Part shown: positions 39,577 through 49,771 of the stretch, in pieces
Layout: every line of letters begins with the position of its first letter
Position numbering within the stretch: position 1 is the stretch's first letter
Assembly: GCA_963705305.1 (NCBI GenBank)
Contig: OY970067.1
Coordinates: 1,984,001 to 2,048,000, forward strand
From: an uncultured Methylomirabilota bacterium
GTDB lineage: Bacteria; Methylomirabilota; Methylomirabilia; Methylomirabilales; 2-02-FULL-66-22
Length of the DNA: 64,000 bases
Reading direction: 5' to 3'
Notes under the pieces: generated by a model
What the model was told of the DNA's origin: nothing
Databases searched by the model: none
The model's input: the letters and a program-made list of their open reading frames with translations, nothing else
Made by a program: the position numbers and the translations under genes

Positions 39577-40398
39577 TCAGCGCTTGGGCTGATCCAGACG
39601 GAAGACCATCTGCGTGGGACGCACGAAGCGCAGGGCGATGATCAGGAGGATCAGCACCATGGTCATATACATGAGGGCCATGGCGTCCACGGAGTAAACG
39701 GGGCGGACACCGCCGGCGAAGATGTTGTAGAACAGGGCCACGACCAGCGTCTGGGAGCCGGCCCCCGACACCAGGAAGGTCAATTCGAAGTTCGACACCG
39801 TATTCACGAGAATGAGGATCCCGGCGGTGAGGAGGCCGGGCAAGGCGAGCGGCAGGAGGATTCGGCGGAAGGTCTGTAGGCGATTGGCACCCATCATAGC
39901 CGCGCCCCACTCCAAGTTCAGGCTGATCTGCTCGAAGAAGGGCATGAGGATGAAGATGGCCAGGGGGACCATGGGGACCATCACCGCGAGAATAACGCCG
40001 GTCACGGTGCCCCCGATCCCTTGCCGAAACATGGTGGTCGCGAGCGGGATGCCATAGGTCATCTGGGGGATCAACAGGGGGAGGAAGTAGAGCAGCATCA
40101 GGACGGGCTTGGCCCGGAAGTTCCGCCGAGCCAATATGTAGGCGGCGGGGAAGCCCAGGAGCAGGGAGAGGAATACCACGACCAGGGCAATGTAGATGGT
40201 GATGGCGAGGACGTGGGCGAGGCCGAACTCCTTCCAGGCGTAGGTGAACCACTGGGTGGTGAAGCCGCGGGGGAGGGGCGTGCCGAACCAGCGGTAGGCG
40301 AACGCGCTCACCGTGACATGGCTGACGATCCCCAGCAGGTTGAGGATGAACACCAGGACGAACATGTACAGCGCCAATCCCCACAGTCGCCCGCGCAT
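39577..40398 (-). CDS. ABC transporter permease (PotC-like)
   Basis: Multiple transmembrane segments; EAA-like loop LEWGAAMMGAN. Confidence 0.9.
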   Translation of the reverse strand: MRGRLWGLALYMFVLVFILNLLGIVSHVTVSAFAYRWFGTPLPRGFTTQWFTYAWKEFGLAHVLAITIYIALVVVFLSLLLGFPAAYILARRNFRAKPVLMLLYFLPLLIPQMTYGIPLATTMFRQGIGGTVTGVILAVMVPMVPLAIFILMPFFEQISLNLEWGAAMMGANRLQTFRRILLPLALPGLLTAGILILVNTVSNFELTFLVSGAGSQTLVVALFYNIFAGGVRPVYSVDAMALMYMTMVLILLIIALRFVRPTQMVFRLDQPKR

Positions 40399-40447
40399 AG
40401 GTCCTTCCTCAGAGATGAAAAATTCCGAAATCCATGAAGCCAATGTC

Positions 40448-40521
40448 AGACTGACAACCGACAACGGACAACCGGACAATGTTTGGCGGGATCGCGCTTG
40501 GCCGGTGGTCAGTTGTCGGTT
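40448..40521. repeat. Short heptameric GACAAC(C/G) tandem repeat with an inverted copy
   Basis: ctgacaaccgacaacggacaacc, then cagttgtcggtt, lying between the two permease genes. Confidence 0.55.
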
Positions 40522-40547
40522 TTACATTTTCAATTGCCCCCACCGGA

Positions 40548-41432
40548 TCAGCGCTTCCCAACCCCCATGGTCGCCGCCATGACCATGCGCTTGCGCAGGA
40601 GGAGGATGAGGAGCAGGCCGGCCAGCTGGAACAGCCCCATGATGACGGCGATGGCCGAGGCGTAGGACATGTCGAACTGCTCGAAGGCCTGCGAGTAGGC
40701 GGCGATGGCGATGGTCCGGGTGGCGCCCTGCGGCTGCCCGAGCAGGATGGCCGAGGGGAAGGTTGCGAAGCTCATGACGAAGACCAGGGCAAAGGCGATG
40801 GCCAGCCCGGGGGCGATGAGGGGCAGCATGACGCGCCGGAACACCGTCCATGGGTTCGCGCCCAGCGTCCGGGCCGAGTTCTCGATGCTGGGGTCGATCC
40901 CCGAGATGTAGCCCAACAACATGAGGAAGCAGAAGGGGAACTGCTGCATGAACAGCGACAGCATGACGCCGATATAGTTGTGCGTGAGGACCAACGGGTC
41001 GTGAAGGATCCCGGTGTCGAGCAGGAACTGGTTGAACCACCCGTTCCCGCCGTAGAAGCCCAGGATTCCCTGGCTGAGCAGGATGACGCCCAGCGAGATG
41101 GGGAGGACCAGGATCGTGGTGACCGTCCGCTCCAGCCAGATCCCCCGGCGCATGTTGTAGGCGAAGAGCAGGCTCGCCGCCACGACCACGATGGTGTTCG
41201 GGACGGCGATCCGGAAGGTGATGCCTACGGTCTTGTACTCGTACTGGTCGGTGAAGAAGGCAATGTAGTTGGCCAGGCTGAAGCCTGTCAACTTCATCGG
41301 GCGGACGCTCAGGTAGATCCCGTAGAGGAACGGGTACACGAACAGGACCAGGACGTAGAGCAGCGACGGGGCCAAACAGGCTATCGCCAGCAGATCCAGC
41401 TCGCTGGGCTCGCCGGTCCGCAGGCGCCTCAT
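40548..41432 (-). CDS. ABC transporter permease (PotB-like)
   Basis: Transmembrane segments; EAA loop IENSARTLGAN. Confidence 0.9.
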   Translation of the reverse strand: MRRLRTGEPSELDLLAIACLAPSLLYVLVLFVYPFLYGIYLSVRPMKLTGFSLANYIAFFTDQYEYKTVGITFRIAVPNTIVVVAASLLFAYNMRRGIWLERTVTTILVLPISLGVILLSQGILGFYGGNGWFNQFLLDTGILHDPLVLTHNYIGVMLSLFMQQFPFCFLMLLGYISGIDPSIENSARTLGANPWTVFRRVMLPLIAPGLAIAFALVFVMSFATFPSAILLGQPQGATRTIAIAAYSQAFEQFDMSYASAIAVIMGLFQLAGLLLILLLRKRMVMAATMGVGKR

Positions 41433-42517
41433 GCCGTCCCTCCGGACTCTTCCGCCGGCAGGAAGATGACCTTGTCCGGCGGCAGGACCACGGTCACGCG
41501 CTCGCCCGGGACGACCACGCGTGCCCCGGTCCGGACCCACAGGCGCCCGCCGGCCTCCAGCCGCACGATCGCCTCGTCCTCGCGGCCCAGATACTCCACG
41601 ATTTCCACGCTGCCGTGGAAGGTATTCGGGCCCGCGGCGTCGCCACCCAGCACCACGTCGTCCGGCCGGATGGCGGCCACTGCCGGGGCGCCGGGGGCGA
41701 AGGTGTGGCGGGTCTTCCCCCGAATCTTCATGCCGTTGCCAGCGGCCTCCACCTCCCGGTCCGATCCGAGGGCCGCGACCCGAACCTGGAAGAAGTTCCG
41801 GAACCCCATGAAATCCGCCACGAACACGTTCGCGGGCTGATCGTGGATCTCCTGCGGCGTCCCCGCCTGGATCAGCAGGCCGTCCCGCATCACCACCACC
41901 CAGTCGGAGAGGGAGAGGGCCTCCACCTGATCGTGGGTGACGTAGATGGAAGTGAGGCCCAGGCTGGTGTGGAGCCGCTTGATCTCGGCCCGCATCTCGA
42001 TCCGCAGCTTGGCGTCCAGGTTGGATAGCGGCTCGTCCAGCAGCATGAGGCGCGGCTGCAGGACCAGCGCGCGCGCGATGGCGATCCGCTGCTGCTGGCC
42101 GCCGGAGAGCTGGCCGGGATAGCGGTCCTCGAAGCCGGGCAGCTGGATCAGCTCCAGCATCTCCTGCACGCGGCGGCGGATCTCCTCCGCCGGCCGGCGC
42201 TGGAGCTGGAGCCCGAAGGCGATGTTGCCGAAGACGGTCATGTGGGGGAAGAGGGCGTAGTTCTGAAAGACCATGCCGAAGCCGCGCTTCTCGGGCGGCA
42301 GGTGATCGATGCGCTTCTCGTCGATCCAGACTTCGCCGTCAGTGGCAGGGATCAGCCCCGCGATGATGTTCAGCGCCGTGGACTTCCCGCACCCGCTGGG
42401 CCCCAGGAAGGTGACGAACTGCTTGCCGCGGATCTCGAGTGCGACATCCCGCAGCACGGTCTTCGTTCCGAATCGCTTGGTGATCCGGAATCGCAAGGAA
42501 TCAATCGTCTCTTTCAT
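41429..42517 (-). CDS. ABC transporter ATP-binding protein (PotA-like, TOBE domain)
   Basis: [21 protein letters not shown] and VTHDQ motifs. Confidence 0.95.
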   Translation of the reverse strand: MKETIDSLRFRITKRFGTKTVLRDVALEIRGKQFVTFLGPSGCGKSTALNIIAGLIPATDGEVWIDEKRIDHLPPEKRGFGMVFQNYALFPHMTVFGNIAFGLQLQRRPAEEIRRRVQEMLELIQLPGFEDRYPGQLSGGQQQRIAIARALVLQPRLMLLDEPLSNLDAKLRIEMRAEIKRLHTSLGLTSIYVTHDQVEALSLSDWVVVMRDGLLIQAGTPQEIHDQPANVFVADFMGFRNFFQVRVAALGSDREVEAAGNGMKIRGKTRHTFAPGAPAVAAIRPDDVVLGGDAAGPNTFHGSVEIVEYLGREDEAIVRLEAGGRLWVRTGARVVVPGERVTVVLPPDKVIFLPAEESGGTA

Positions 42518-42535
42518 GGTTCCCCGCCAGTCGAC

Positions 42536-42578
42536 GCGGAAGGGGGAGGGCCTTCGATCAAAGTCCTCCCCCCTCCGC
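42536..42578 (-). terminator. Intra-operon stem-loop after the binding-protein gene (mRNA stabiliser or attenuator)
   Basis: Imperfect GC-rich inverted repeat gcggaagggggagg...cctcccccctccgc with no U-tract. Confidence 0.5.
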
Positions 42579-42600
42579 AAGCCTCCGCGATGGCTGTTAG

Positions 42601-43776
42601 CTACTTCTTGATCTGCTGGGCGCCGATCTCCCGGTCCCAGCGGTCCATGGCGTAGGTCAGCTCCTTGAAGTCGAGCTGCGGCGCCATCTTATACGTCTTG
42701 CCGGGACCGATCTCGTTGTACTGCGGTCGCCAGAACTCCTTCACGTAGTCGCGGATGTCGGCGGGTGCCTTGTCCAGCGTGGCCGCCTTGATGGTCGGGC
42801 CGATGAAGGCCTTCCAGGTCAGCTCTTGCTGGTCGACCTGCCGCATGAACTTCATCAGGTCCAGCAGGACGTCCACCTCGTTCTGCGGAACGCCCTTGGG
42901 GATGCCCCAGTAGTGGCCGTCGACGACGAAGGTGGTGTTGTCCAAGATGGTGATCTTGGCCTCCGGCGGGACCACGCCCTCGGCGCGGGGCTTCATGTCC
43001 CACTCCATGATGCCGGGCATCATCCAGCGCTGATCCTGCGCGAACTCACGCAGGGTGAAGAGCGTGCCGGTCGGGTAGTACTCGACGTACTTTCCCAGCT
43101 CCTTCATGTAGGCCCAGGCCTTGTCCCAACCCTTCTCCGGGTCCATGGGGGCCTTGTCGCCCAGGATGTACGGCAGGCCGCACATGATCGACCGGCCGGG
43201 GCCGCTGTTCGCCGGCCTGGCGTAGATGAACTTGCCAGGGTTGGCCTTGGCCCAGGCCAGCAGCTCGGCAGCGGTCTTGGGTGGATTCTTCACCTTGGCG
43301 GGATTGTAGATGAACACCGGACCGCCGGGGCTCACCACGGTGGGCATGAGGACCCCGCCGCCCGCATCCTGCAGGATCTTTGCCGCGTCGTTCAGCTCGC
43401 TCTCGGGGAACATCTTGTTGTACTTGGGGAACAGTTCAATGAGCTGCTTGTTGGCGGCGAGGACGGAGCCGGCATCCTGCCCGGTCAGCACCAGGTTGAT
43501 ATCGGCCCGGCCGGCGTCCTGCTGGGCCTTGATCTTGGCTGGCGTCTCGGGAGCCGGCCCGCGCTCGAGCTTGATCTCTTTTACCTTGTCTGGGTGGGCT
43601 TTCTTGTAGTTCTCGATGATCACCCCGGTGGAAGCGTAGTCGCCCCCGTTGTCCAGGATCGAGATGGTGATGGGCTGCCCGGCGAGGGCGGGTGGGGCCC
43701 CCCCGACCAGGGCCAGGGCGAGCCCAACGAAGAGGATCACTGGCGCGATGCGACATCTGGACCAGAGCTGCTGCAT
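42601..43776 (-). CDS. ABC transporter substrate-binding protein (PotD-like, SBP_bac_6/8)
   Basis: Signal peptide; PKTAAELLAWAKANPGKFIYARPANSGPG; first gene of the ABC operon. Confidence 0.9.
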   Translation of the reverse strand: MQQLWSRCRIAPVILFVGLALALVGGAPPALAGQPITISILDNGGDYASTGVIIENYKKAHPDKVKEIKLERGPAPETPAKIKAQQDAGRADINLVLTGQDAGSVLAANKQLIELFPKYNKMFPESELNDAAKILQDAGGGVLMPTVVSPGGPVFIYNPAKVKNPPKTAAELLAWAKANPGKFIYARPANSGPGRSIMCGLPYILGDKAPMDPEKGWDKAWAYMKELGKYVEYYPTGTLFTLREFAQDQRWMMPGIMEWDMKPRAEGVVPPEAKITILDNTTFVVDGHYWGIPKGVPQNEVDVLLDLMKFMRQVDQQELTWKAFIGPTIKAATLDKAPADIRDYVKEFWRPQYNEIGPGKTYKMAPQLDFKELTYAMDRWDREIGAQQIKK

Positions 43777-43864
43777 GGCTCTCCTCCTGCGGCTTGACTC
43801 GTTCAATGCCGCGATACAGGAAACGGACGCACTGCAACCCTCATCTGCCCGAATGATTTAGCGG

Positions 43865-43894
43865 ATCTTAAAAACTATCGAAATCAAAAGTCAA
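43865..43894 (-). promoter_or_regulatory. Sigma-70-like promoter for the ABC operon
   Basis: On the minus strand TTGACT-18 nt-TAAGAT in an AT-rich divergent intergenic region. Confidence 0.5.
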
Positions 43895-44198
43895 GCGAAT
43901 CCGTGAATCAGTCTATCGGACATACCTGGAAGGATCCATGACCGGCGGCTTGACTTTTATCCTGGGCTTGACATATTTCTTACTTCACGCAGGACATGAG
44001 CCCAATGAACTATAGTGTCGGGGAGTTAGGGGGCCGAGGGCCGTGGGCTTCCGCCTCCGAGTCGATGGGGTGGTAGGGTCCGGCTCCCCGTGCGGTGCTT
44101 CCGTTCGAGCCGAGGTCGGCGGGCTCGATGTCGGGGGAAGTGGAGTGCATCCTGTCGACAAGAGCGCTGGGGGGGAGGGGGCAAAGGAGGATGCCGTG

Positions 44199-44960
44199 GT
44201 GAATGTGCAGGAGCTGTTCGATCTCTCAGGCAGGGTGGCTATTGTGACGGGAGGATCCAGGGGAATCGGATTGGCCATCGCCGAGGGATTGGCGGCGGCA
44301 GGGGCGGAAACGGTGATTGCCTCGCGCAACGCGGGGCAGGCCGCGCATGCGCTCAGCGCCAAGGGACTGCGAGTCACCTCGCATGCCCTGGACGTGACCA
44401 GCCGGCTCTCGGCGCAGGAACTGCTCGCCGACGTGCTGCGAGACCACGGCCGGGTCGACATCCTCGTGAATTCAGCCGGCGTCATTCAGCGGAAGCCGAT
44501 CGAGGACACGACGGATGCCGAGTGGGATGCGATGATGGACACGAACCTCCGCGGCATCTTTCTCTGCTCGCAAGTGATCGGGCGCGAGATGATCGCGCGG
44601 CGCCAGGGGAAGATCATCAACATCTCCTCCAATATCGTCCAGGTCCTCCAGCCGCTGCGGGGGGCCTACGCCGTGACCAAGGCCGCGGTCTCCCACCTCA
44701 CGCGCGTCATGGCCCTGGAATGGGCGCCGTACCACGTCAACGTCAACGCGATTGCCCCTTCTCCCACGATCACCGACATCAACCGGAAGTATTTCGAGGA
44801 GCATCCGGACGATCTGAAACTGCGCATGCAGTCCATCCCCATGGGGCGCCTCGGCGATCCGCAGGATTACGTGGGAATGGCCATCTGCCTCGCTTCCAGG
44901 GCCTCGGACTTCGTCACCGGCCAGACCGTCTTCGTGGATGGGGGATCGGTCCTGATCTGA
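44199..44960 (+). CDS. Short-chain dehydrogenase (gluconate 5-dehydrogenase/KduD-like)
   Basis: [27 protein letters not shown] and SDFVTGQ motifs; AGGAGG RBS. Confidence 0.9.
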   Translation: MNVQELFDLSGRVAIVTGGSRGIGLAIAEGLAAAGAETVIASRNAGQAAHALSAKGLRVTSHALDVTSRLSAQELLADVLRDHGRVDILVNSAGVIQRKPIEDTTDAEWDAMMDTNLRGIFLCSQVIGREMIARRQGKIINISSNIVQVLQPLRGAYAVTKAAVSHLTRVMALEWAPYHVNVNAIAPSPTITDINRKYFEEHPDDLKLRMQSIPMGRLGDPQDYVGMAICLASRASDFVTGQTVFVDGGSVLI

Positions 44961-45164
44961 GGGGCGCCCGGCCTTCCTCCATCACCCGGAGGCCCCGGAC
45001 GCGCTGGACCGGACGACGGGGATCGTGGACTATGCGGGTGCCGCGATCCCCGTCGAGCGCCCCGGTCACGCGATACACCTGGCTTGCGGCGAGCACCGGC
45101 GCTGCCTTTCGGTGGCGCGCCGGCCCGTGGGCCAACTCTTCGGCCGGCCCAATACCGCATCAAG

Positions 45165-45300
45165 CTTTGCTTGCCTGTTTCAGCTATCACCGGAGGAGGT
45201 TGCGCGTTTGAGGTTCCAATCTGGAACCTCAAAGCCCGGCCGCGGGGGACGGCGTTATGCCCCCTACGCCTTCACCGAACAAGGCGTCGCCATGCTCTCG
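45165..45300 (+). pseudogene. Fragment of an ORF6N-domain DNA-binding protein
   Basis: [38 protein letters not shown] is the ORF6N core; the flanking parts are missing. Confidence 0.75.
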
Positions 45301-45639
45301 ACGACCCTCCTTCTGGGCCGGGCGGCAGGCGGCCCGGCCGACTTCCTTCAGATGCATCTCCAGATGGCGCTTGGCGATGTCGGCGTTCCGGGCGTCCACC
45401 CACTTGACCTGGCCCCACCGCGCCAGGGCGCTGCATAGATGGGGGATGTCCAAGTCTCCGCGGGCATCGTGGTGCGGCAGGTGGCGGACGATCGTCCCAT
45501 CGGCCGTTGTCTCGACGACCGCGAACGCCGAATCCGGCAGCAGCCGGATGATGCGGCCGCTCCACTGGGCCGCCTCGGTCAGGGGTCCGCTCGCCAGCAC
45601 AAGCGTCAGGCCTCCCAGAACGAGCCAGATCGCCTTCAT
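45229..45639 (-). CDS. Small exported hypothetical protein with an LPDSAFA...HL..ALAR motif
   Basis: Signal peptide [10 protein letters not shown]...AA; GGAGG RBS; motif reminiscent of DUF6582. Confidence 0.65.
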   Translation of the reverse strand: MKAIWLVLGGLTLVLASGPLTEAAQWSGRIIRLLPDSAFAVVETTADGTIVRHLPHHDARGDLDIPHLCSALARWGQVKWVDARNADIAKRHLEMHLKEVGRAACRPAQKEGRREHGDALFGEGVGGITPSPAAGL

Positions 45640-45738
45640 GGCATTCCTCCCTTTGCTCTCACCGGTCTGTCCCCCCTTCTTTGCGGAGAGCGGGCTGCGG
45701 CGGAATTGACGCCATGTTCCAGCTTTGATAGGGTGGGC

Positions 45739-46473
45739 ATGCTGCGAAATCGCCTGATCCCGGAGCCAGGAATGGCAGACCACGGCCCGATGCACTTCGT
45801 GCTCTACGGCGACTGCATTCTTCGAATTCCCCAGGAAGGCCTGATTCCAAAATTCGGCAGCTTTCTCCTGCTCCGCCACCTTCCGTTGCAGGGAGAGGAC
45901 AGGGTCCTAGACCTCGGCTGCGGGGCGGGCCTCATCGGGATCGTCGCGGCCCGGATGGGGCACCGGGTGGTGGCGACCGACATTCGCCCGGCCTGTACCG
46001 CCTGCGCCAGCGCCAACGGCCTGCTCAACGGGATCGGGAATCGCCTGGATGTGCGGACGGGGGATCTTTTCGCACCGCTGGCGGAGGAGGCGTTCGATCT
46101 GATCGCCGCCAATCCACCCCAGATGCCGACTCCGGTTGATCGGGACTGGGGCGACGAACAGGCGCTCGCCGACAACGGCGGTCCGGACGGCTGGGCGATC
46201 CTGGAACGGATCATCCTGGAGGCTCCAGGATACCTCAAGCCCCGAGGGCGTCTGGTATTCACGCTGCTCGCATTCCTGGGGGTGGGGCGGGCACTGGGCA
46301 TGCTGCGGACCGCCGGCCTGGAGGGCCGCGTCCTGGCGAGGGAAGATCAGCCGTTTCCCCGCCTCGCCCGGGAGCGATTGGACCACATTCGGGGGTTCGA
46401 TGTCGAGGGGAATCTCCCGGCGGGGCGCCCAGAAACATGCGGCCGGCTTGTGCTCTGCGGGGAGAAGGAGTAA
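45739..46473 (+). CDS. Class I SAM-dependent methyltransferase (HemK2-like)
   Basis: VLDLGCGAG, GDLF and NPPQ motifs; start uncertain; TTGACG-17-TAGGGT upstream. Confidence 0.85.
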   Translation: MLRNRLIPEPGMADHGPMHFVLYGDCILRIPQEGLIPKFGSFLLLRHLPLQGEDRVLDLGCGAGLIGIVAARMGHRVVATDIRPACTACASANGLLNGIGNRLDVRTGDLFAPLAEEAFDLIAANPPQMPTPVDRDWGDEQALADNGGPDGWAILERIILEAPGYLKPRGRLVFTLLAFLGVGRALGMLRTAGLEGRVLAREDQPFPRLARERLDHIRGFDVEGNLPAGRPETCGRLVLCGEKE

Positions 46474-46476
46474 CCC

Positions 46477-47256
46477 GTGCCATCGTTTCTCATCGTCAAC
46501 GCTGACGATTTTAACCTGACGCCGGGGGTGACGCAGGGCATCCTGGAGGCCCATCGCAACGGCATTGTCACCAGTACCACGGTGATGGTGAATCTCTCCC
46601 ATCTGGAGGAAAGCTGCGAGCTGGCTCGGGACCACGCCGGGCTGGGTGTGGGCCTCCATCTCAATCTGACCTTTGGTCCGCCGGTGCTGCCGCCGGCCAA
46701 GGTCCCTTCGCTGGTTGATGAGCGGGGACGGCTCCTCCGGGAGCCAGACCGGCTGGACAAGGCCGGGAGGCTGGTGGAAATCCGAGGAGAGCTGGCGGCG
46801 CAGGCCGATCGGTTTGCTGCCGCCTACGGCCGGCTGCCCAGCCACCTGGACACGCATCATCACATCCACCGGCATCCTCGGATTTTCGAGGTGGTCCTGG
46901 AGCTGGCCGAGCGGTTGGGGGTTCCCATCCGATCCCTTTCGGCGCACATGACCGACCGGATCAGGCGGCGGCGCCTCCCGGCCGTGGATCGTCTGGTGGG
47001 CGACGTGGGCGTCGAGCCCTACTGGACCCCGCAGCGGCTGCGGGGTCTGCTGGAAAACCTCCCTCCGGGGGTGACGGAGGTCATGTGCCACCCCGGCCAT
47101 CCCGACGAGCCGCTGCGCGCCAGCAGCTACCGGCTGCAGCGCGAGGTGGAGCTGTTGGCGTTGTGCGATGGCCAGGTGAAGGCAACGCTGGCGGCGGCCG
47201 GCATCCGAACGATCACCTACGCGGACCTGCCCGCTATCGCCACGGGCCGGCCATGA
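46477..47256 (+). CDS. ChbG/HpnK (YdjC) family deacetylase
   Basis: IVNADD, GLHLNLT, HLDTHHH and EVMCHPG motifs. Confidence 0.9.
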   Translation: MPSFLIVNADDFNLTPGVTQGILEAHRNGIVTSTTVMVNLSHLEESCELARDHAGLGVGLHLNLTFGPPVLPPAKVPSLVDERGRLLREPDRLDKAGRLVEIRGELAAQADRFAAAYGRLPSHLDTHHHIHRHPRIFEVVLELAERLGVPIRSLSAHMTDRIRRRRLPAVDRLVGDVGVEPYWTPQRLRGLLENLPPGVTEVMCHPGHPDEPLRASSYRLQREVELLALCDGQVKATLAAAGIRTITYADLPAIATGRP

Positions 47257-47525
47257 AGGCGGCGGCCCTGTTCCTCTACCAGCAGGCACAGGGGAGGAGT
47301 GGGTGATGCGCCGGATCCCCCGGGGCAGGGGCGGCGGCCCGTCTTGACACCCGGGGAAAACCACGGCATTCTCATACGCGCATGAGGCCGGCCTCCTGGT
47401 GGAGGCGGGCATTCGCCGGGGAAGGGGGTTCACTCGACGTGGGGTGGAGGTTCCCGGCGCGAGGCGTATGCCCAGCTCTCGCCGTCCTGCGAGAGCGTTG
47501 AATCGTGCAGAAGGAGAGAGACATC

Positions 47526-49241
47526 ATGCAGGTGTGGCGCGTGAATCTGAGTGAGAAGAGTCTGAAGCGAGATGCGGTGCCGGAATCCTGGAGCCGTCTG
47601 GGAGGTCGCGGCCTATCGGCGAAGATTCTCGTCGAGGAGGTCCCGCCCACCTGCGAGCCGCTGGGCCCCTTGAACAGGCTGGTCTTCGCCCCGGGCCTGC
47701 TGGTCGGGCACATCCTGACCAGTTGCGACCGGGTGTCCGTGGGCGGGAAGAGTCCGATGACCGGAGGGATCAAAGAGGCCAACGCGGGCGGCTCCACCGG
47801 ATTGCACATGACGAATATGGGGATAAAGGCCCTGATCCTCGAAGGGCAGTGCCGCGGCGGCGACAAGTGCGCGTCGGGCTGGTGGGTGCTTCACCTCAGC
47901 CTTCAGGGGGCCCGGTTCGACCCGGCGGACGACGTGGCGGGCCTCGGGGTGCACGCCGCCGCCGACCGGCTCCTCCAACGGTACGGAAAGAAAGTGGCCA
48001 TGTCCCTCATTGGCCCTGGCGGCGAGCAGCGCCTCTTCGCGGCCGGCATCCAGAACCTGGACAAGGACAACGTGCCCTCGCGGATCGCCGCCCGGGGCGG
48101 CCTGGGGGCGGTCATGGGGTCGAAGCGGCTCAAGGCCATCGTCTTCGACGACTCGGGCGGAACACGACCGCCCATCGCGGATCGGGAGGCCTTCAAGGCA
48201 GCCCAGAAGAAGTTCACCCAGAACACTCTGAACCACCCGCAGACCAAGGCCTACCAGGAGTACGGCACGCCCGCCATGGTCATGATGTGTAACGCCTTCG
48301 GCGGGCTGCCGACGCGCAATTTCAGCAGCGGCCAGTTCGAGGGGGCCGAGACCATCAGCGGCGAGTATATGCGCGAGGCGCTGCTCGCGCGGGGCGGGGA
48401 GAGCGAGCCCACCCACGCCTGCATGATCGGCTGCGTCATCCAGTGCTCGAACACCTACGCGGACGAGCAGGGCAAAGCGATCGTCTCGCCGCTGGAGTAC
48501 GAGACCATCGGCCTCATGGGGTCGAACCTGGGCATCAAGGACCTCGACGCCGTGGCGCGGCTGAACTGGGAGGCCAGCGACCTGGGTCTGGACACCATCG
48601 ATATGGGGGCCGCGCTGGGCGTGGCAGCCGAGGCGGGCTTGATGCAGTTCGGAGACGGCGCCCGGGCGCTGGAGTTGATGCAGGAGATCCGGAAGGGCAC
48701 GCCGCTCGGCCGGATCCTCGGCCACGGGGCCGCGATGGCGGGGAAGGTCCTGGGTGTCCTTCGGGTTCCCGTGGTGAAGGGCCAGGCCATGTCCGCCTAC
48801 GAGCCGCGCGCCATCAAGGGGACGGGCATCACCTACGTCACGTCGCCCCAGGGGGCGGACCATACGGCAGGAAACACGGTCCGCGCCAAGGTCGACCACC
48901 TCGACCCCAAGGCGAACATCGCGACCTCGCGCGGGGCCCAGATCAACATGGCCGGCTTCGACACGCTGGGCGCCTGCATTTTCTCCGGGTTCGGCTTCAT
49001 GGTGGCGCCGGAAGTCATCCCGGACCTCTTGAACGCCCGCTACGGCTGGCAGGTGGGCCCCGACATCCTGCAGGTGCTGGGACGGGAGACGCTGGCATTG
49101 GAGCGCGAGTTCAACAAGCGGGCCGGTTTCACGGCGGCGGACGATCGCATCCCGGAGTGGATGACCACCGAGAAGCTGCCGCCCCACAACTCGCGATTCG
49201 ATGTCTCGGAAGACGATCTGGACGGCATATTCAATTGGTGA
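47526..49241 (+). CDS. aor: Aldehyde:ferredoxin oxidoreductase family (W/Mo-pterin)
   Basis: LGGRGL, KSPMTGGIKEANAGG, RGGLGAVMGSK, CMIGCVIQC, EYET, DLGLDT and GADH motifs. Confidence 0.92.
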   Translation: MQVWRVNLSEKSLKRDAVPESWSRLGGRGLSAKILVEEVPPTCEPLGPLNRLVFAPGLLVGHILTSCDRVSVGGKSPMTGGIKEANAGGSTGLHMTNMGIKALILEGQCRGGDKCASGWWVLHLSLQGARFDPADDVAGLGVHAAADRLLQRYGKKVAMSLIGPGGEQRLFAAGIQNLDKDNVPSRIAARGGLGAVMGSKRLKAIVFDDSGGTRPPIADREAFKAAQKKFTQNTLNHPQTKAYQEYGTPAMVMMCNAFGGLPTRNFSSGQFEGAETISGEYMREALLARGGESEPTHACMIGCVIQCSNTYADEQGKAIVSPLEYETIGLMGSNLGIKDLDAVARLNWEASDLGLDTIDMGAALGVAAEAGLMQFGDGARALELMQEIRKGTPLGRILGHGAAMAGKVLGVLRVPVVKGQAMSAYEPRAIKGTGITYVTSPQGADHTAGNTVRAKVDHLDPKANIATSRGAQINMAGFDTLGACIFSGFGFMVAPEVIPDLLNARYGWQVGPDILQVLGRETLALEREFNKRAGFTAADDRIPEWMTTEKLPPHNSRFDVSEDDLDGIFNW

Positions 49242-49519
49242 TCACGGCGCACCTGCACGCCACCTTGCAGCGCCAGACCCCCTCGGGGCCGCTCCGACGC
49301 CTGGACGTGACGTTGCCTCCGCAGAGTGCCCTGAAAGACCTGCTGGAGGCCCTGGCCGTCCGGGTGGAGAGTGATGCCATCCTGCTTGTCGTCAATGGGC
49401 GCCTGGTCTCGCCGGACCACGTCCTGGGCGAGGGGGATGAGGTGCATCTGTTTCCGGCCCTTTCGGGAGGCGCCGGGATGACCGGAAGCCGGGAGGTAAC
49501 CACCGGCCCCGGACCATGA
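49238..49519 (+). CDS. moaD: MoaD/ThiS-family sulfur carrier with a C-terminal extension
   Basis: LVVNG...LGEGDEVHLFPALSGG followed by 15 extra residues; GTGA overlap with aor. Confidence 0.8.
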   Translation: MITAHLHATLQRQTPSGPLRRLDVTLPPQSALKDLLEALAVRVESDAILLVVNGRLVSPDHVLGEGDEVHLFPALSGGAGMTGSREVTTGPGP

Positions 49520-49663
49520 TCGATCGGGAAATCGCTTTCCGCCTCCTTCCCATTCTTCTCGCGTCAATTTCCGCCGGTTTTCGCTGAAGCCCTCACAGGA
49601 CCCCGCCCAATTCGAGCCGCCACCGGCTCGAATGTCGCACCGTATTTCATCGATTTTCCTCTC

Positions 49664-49700
49664 ATGGATGCTTGACATCCAAACGGATGTATGGTATAAA
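49664..49700 (+). promoter_or_regulatory. Strong sigma-70 promoter with overlapping palindromic operator(s)
   Basis: TTGACA(49672)-17-TATAAA(49695) with extended TG; ACATCC-N4-GGATGT and TGGATG-N5-CATCCA inverted repeats. Confidence 0.7.
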
Positions 49701-49771
49701 GAATAGCAACAGGATGGCCGATGAAGACATTGAAAGCCAGAGCGAGGCATCCTTGAAGAAGGGAGGGACCT

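Noticed and set aside
43985..44190. Riboswitch or ncRNA upstream of the SDR
   Set aside because: No recognisable consensus; stems are explicable by GC content
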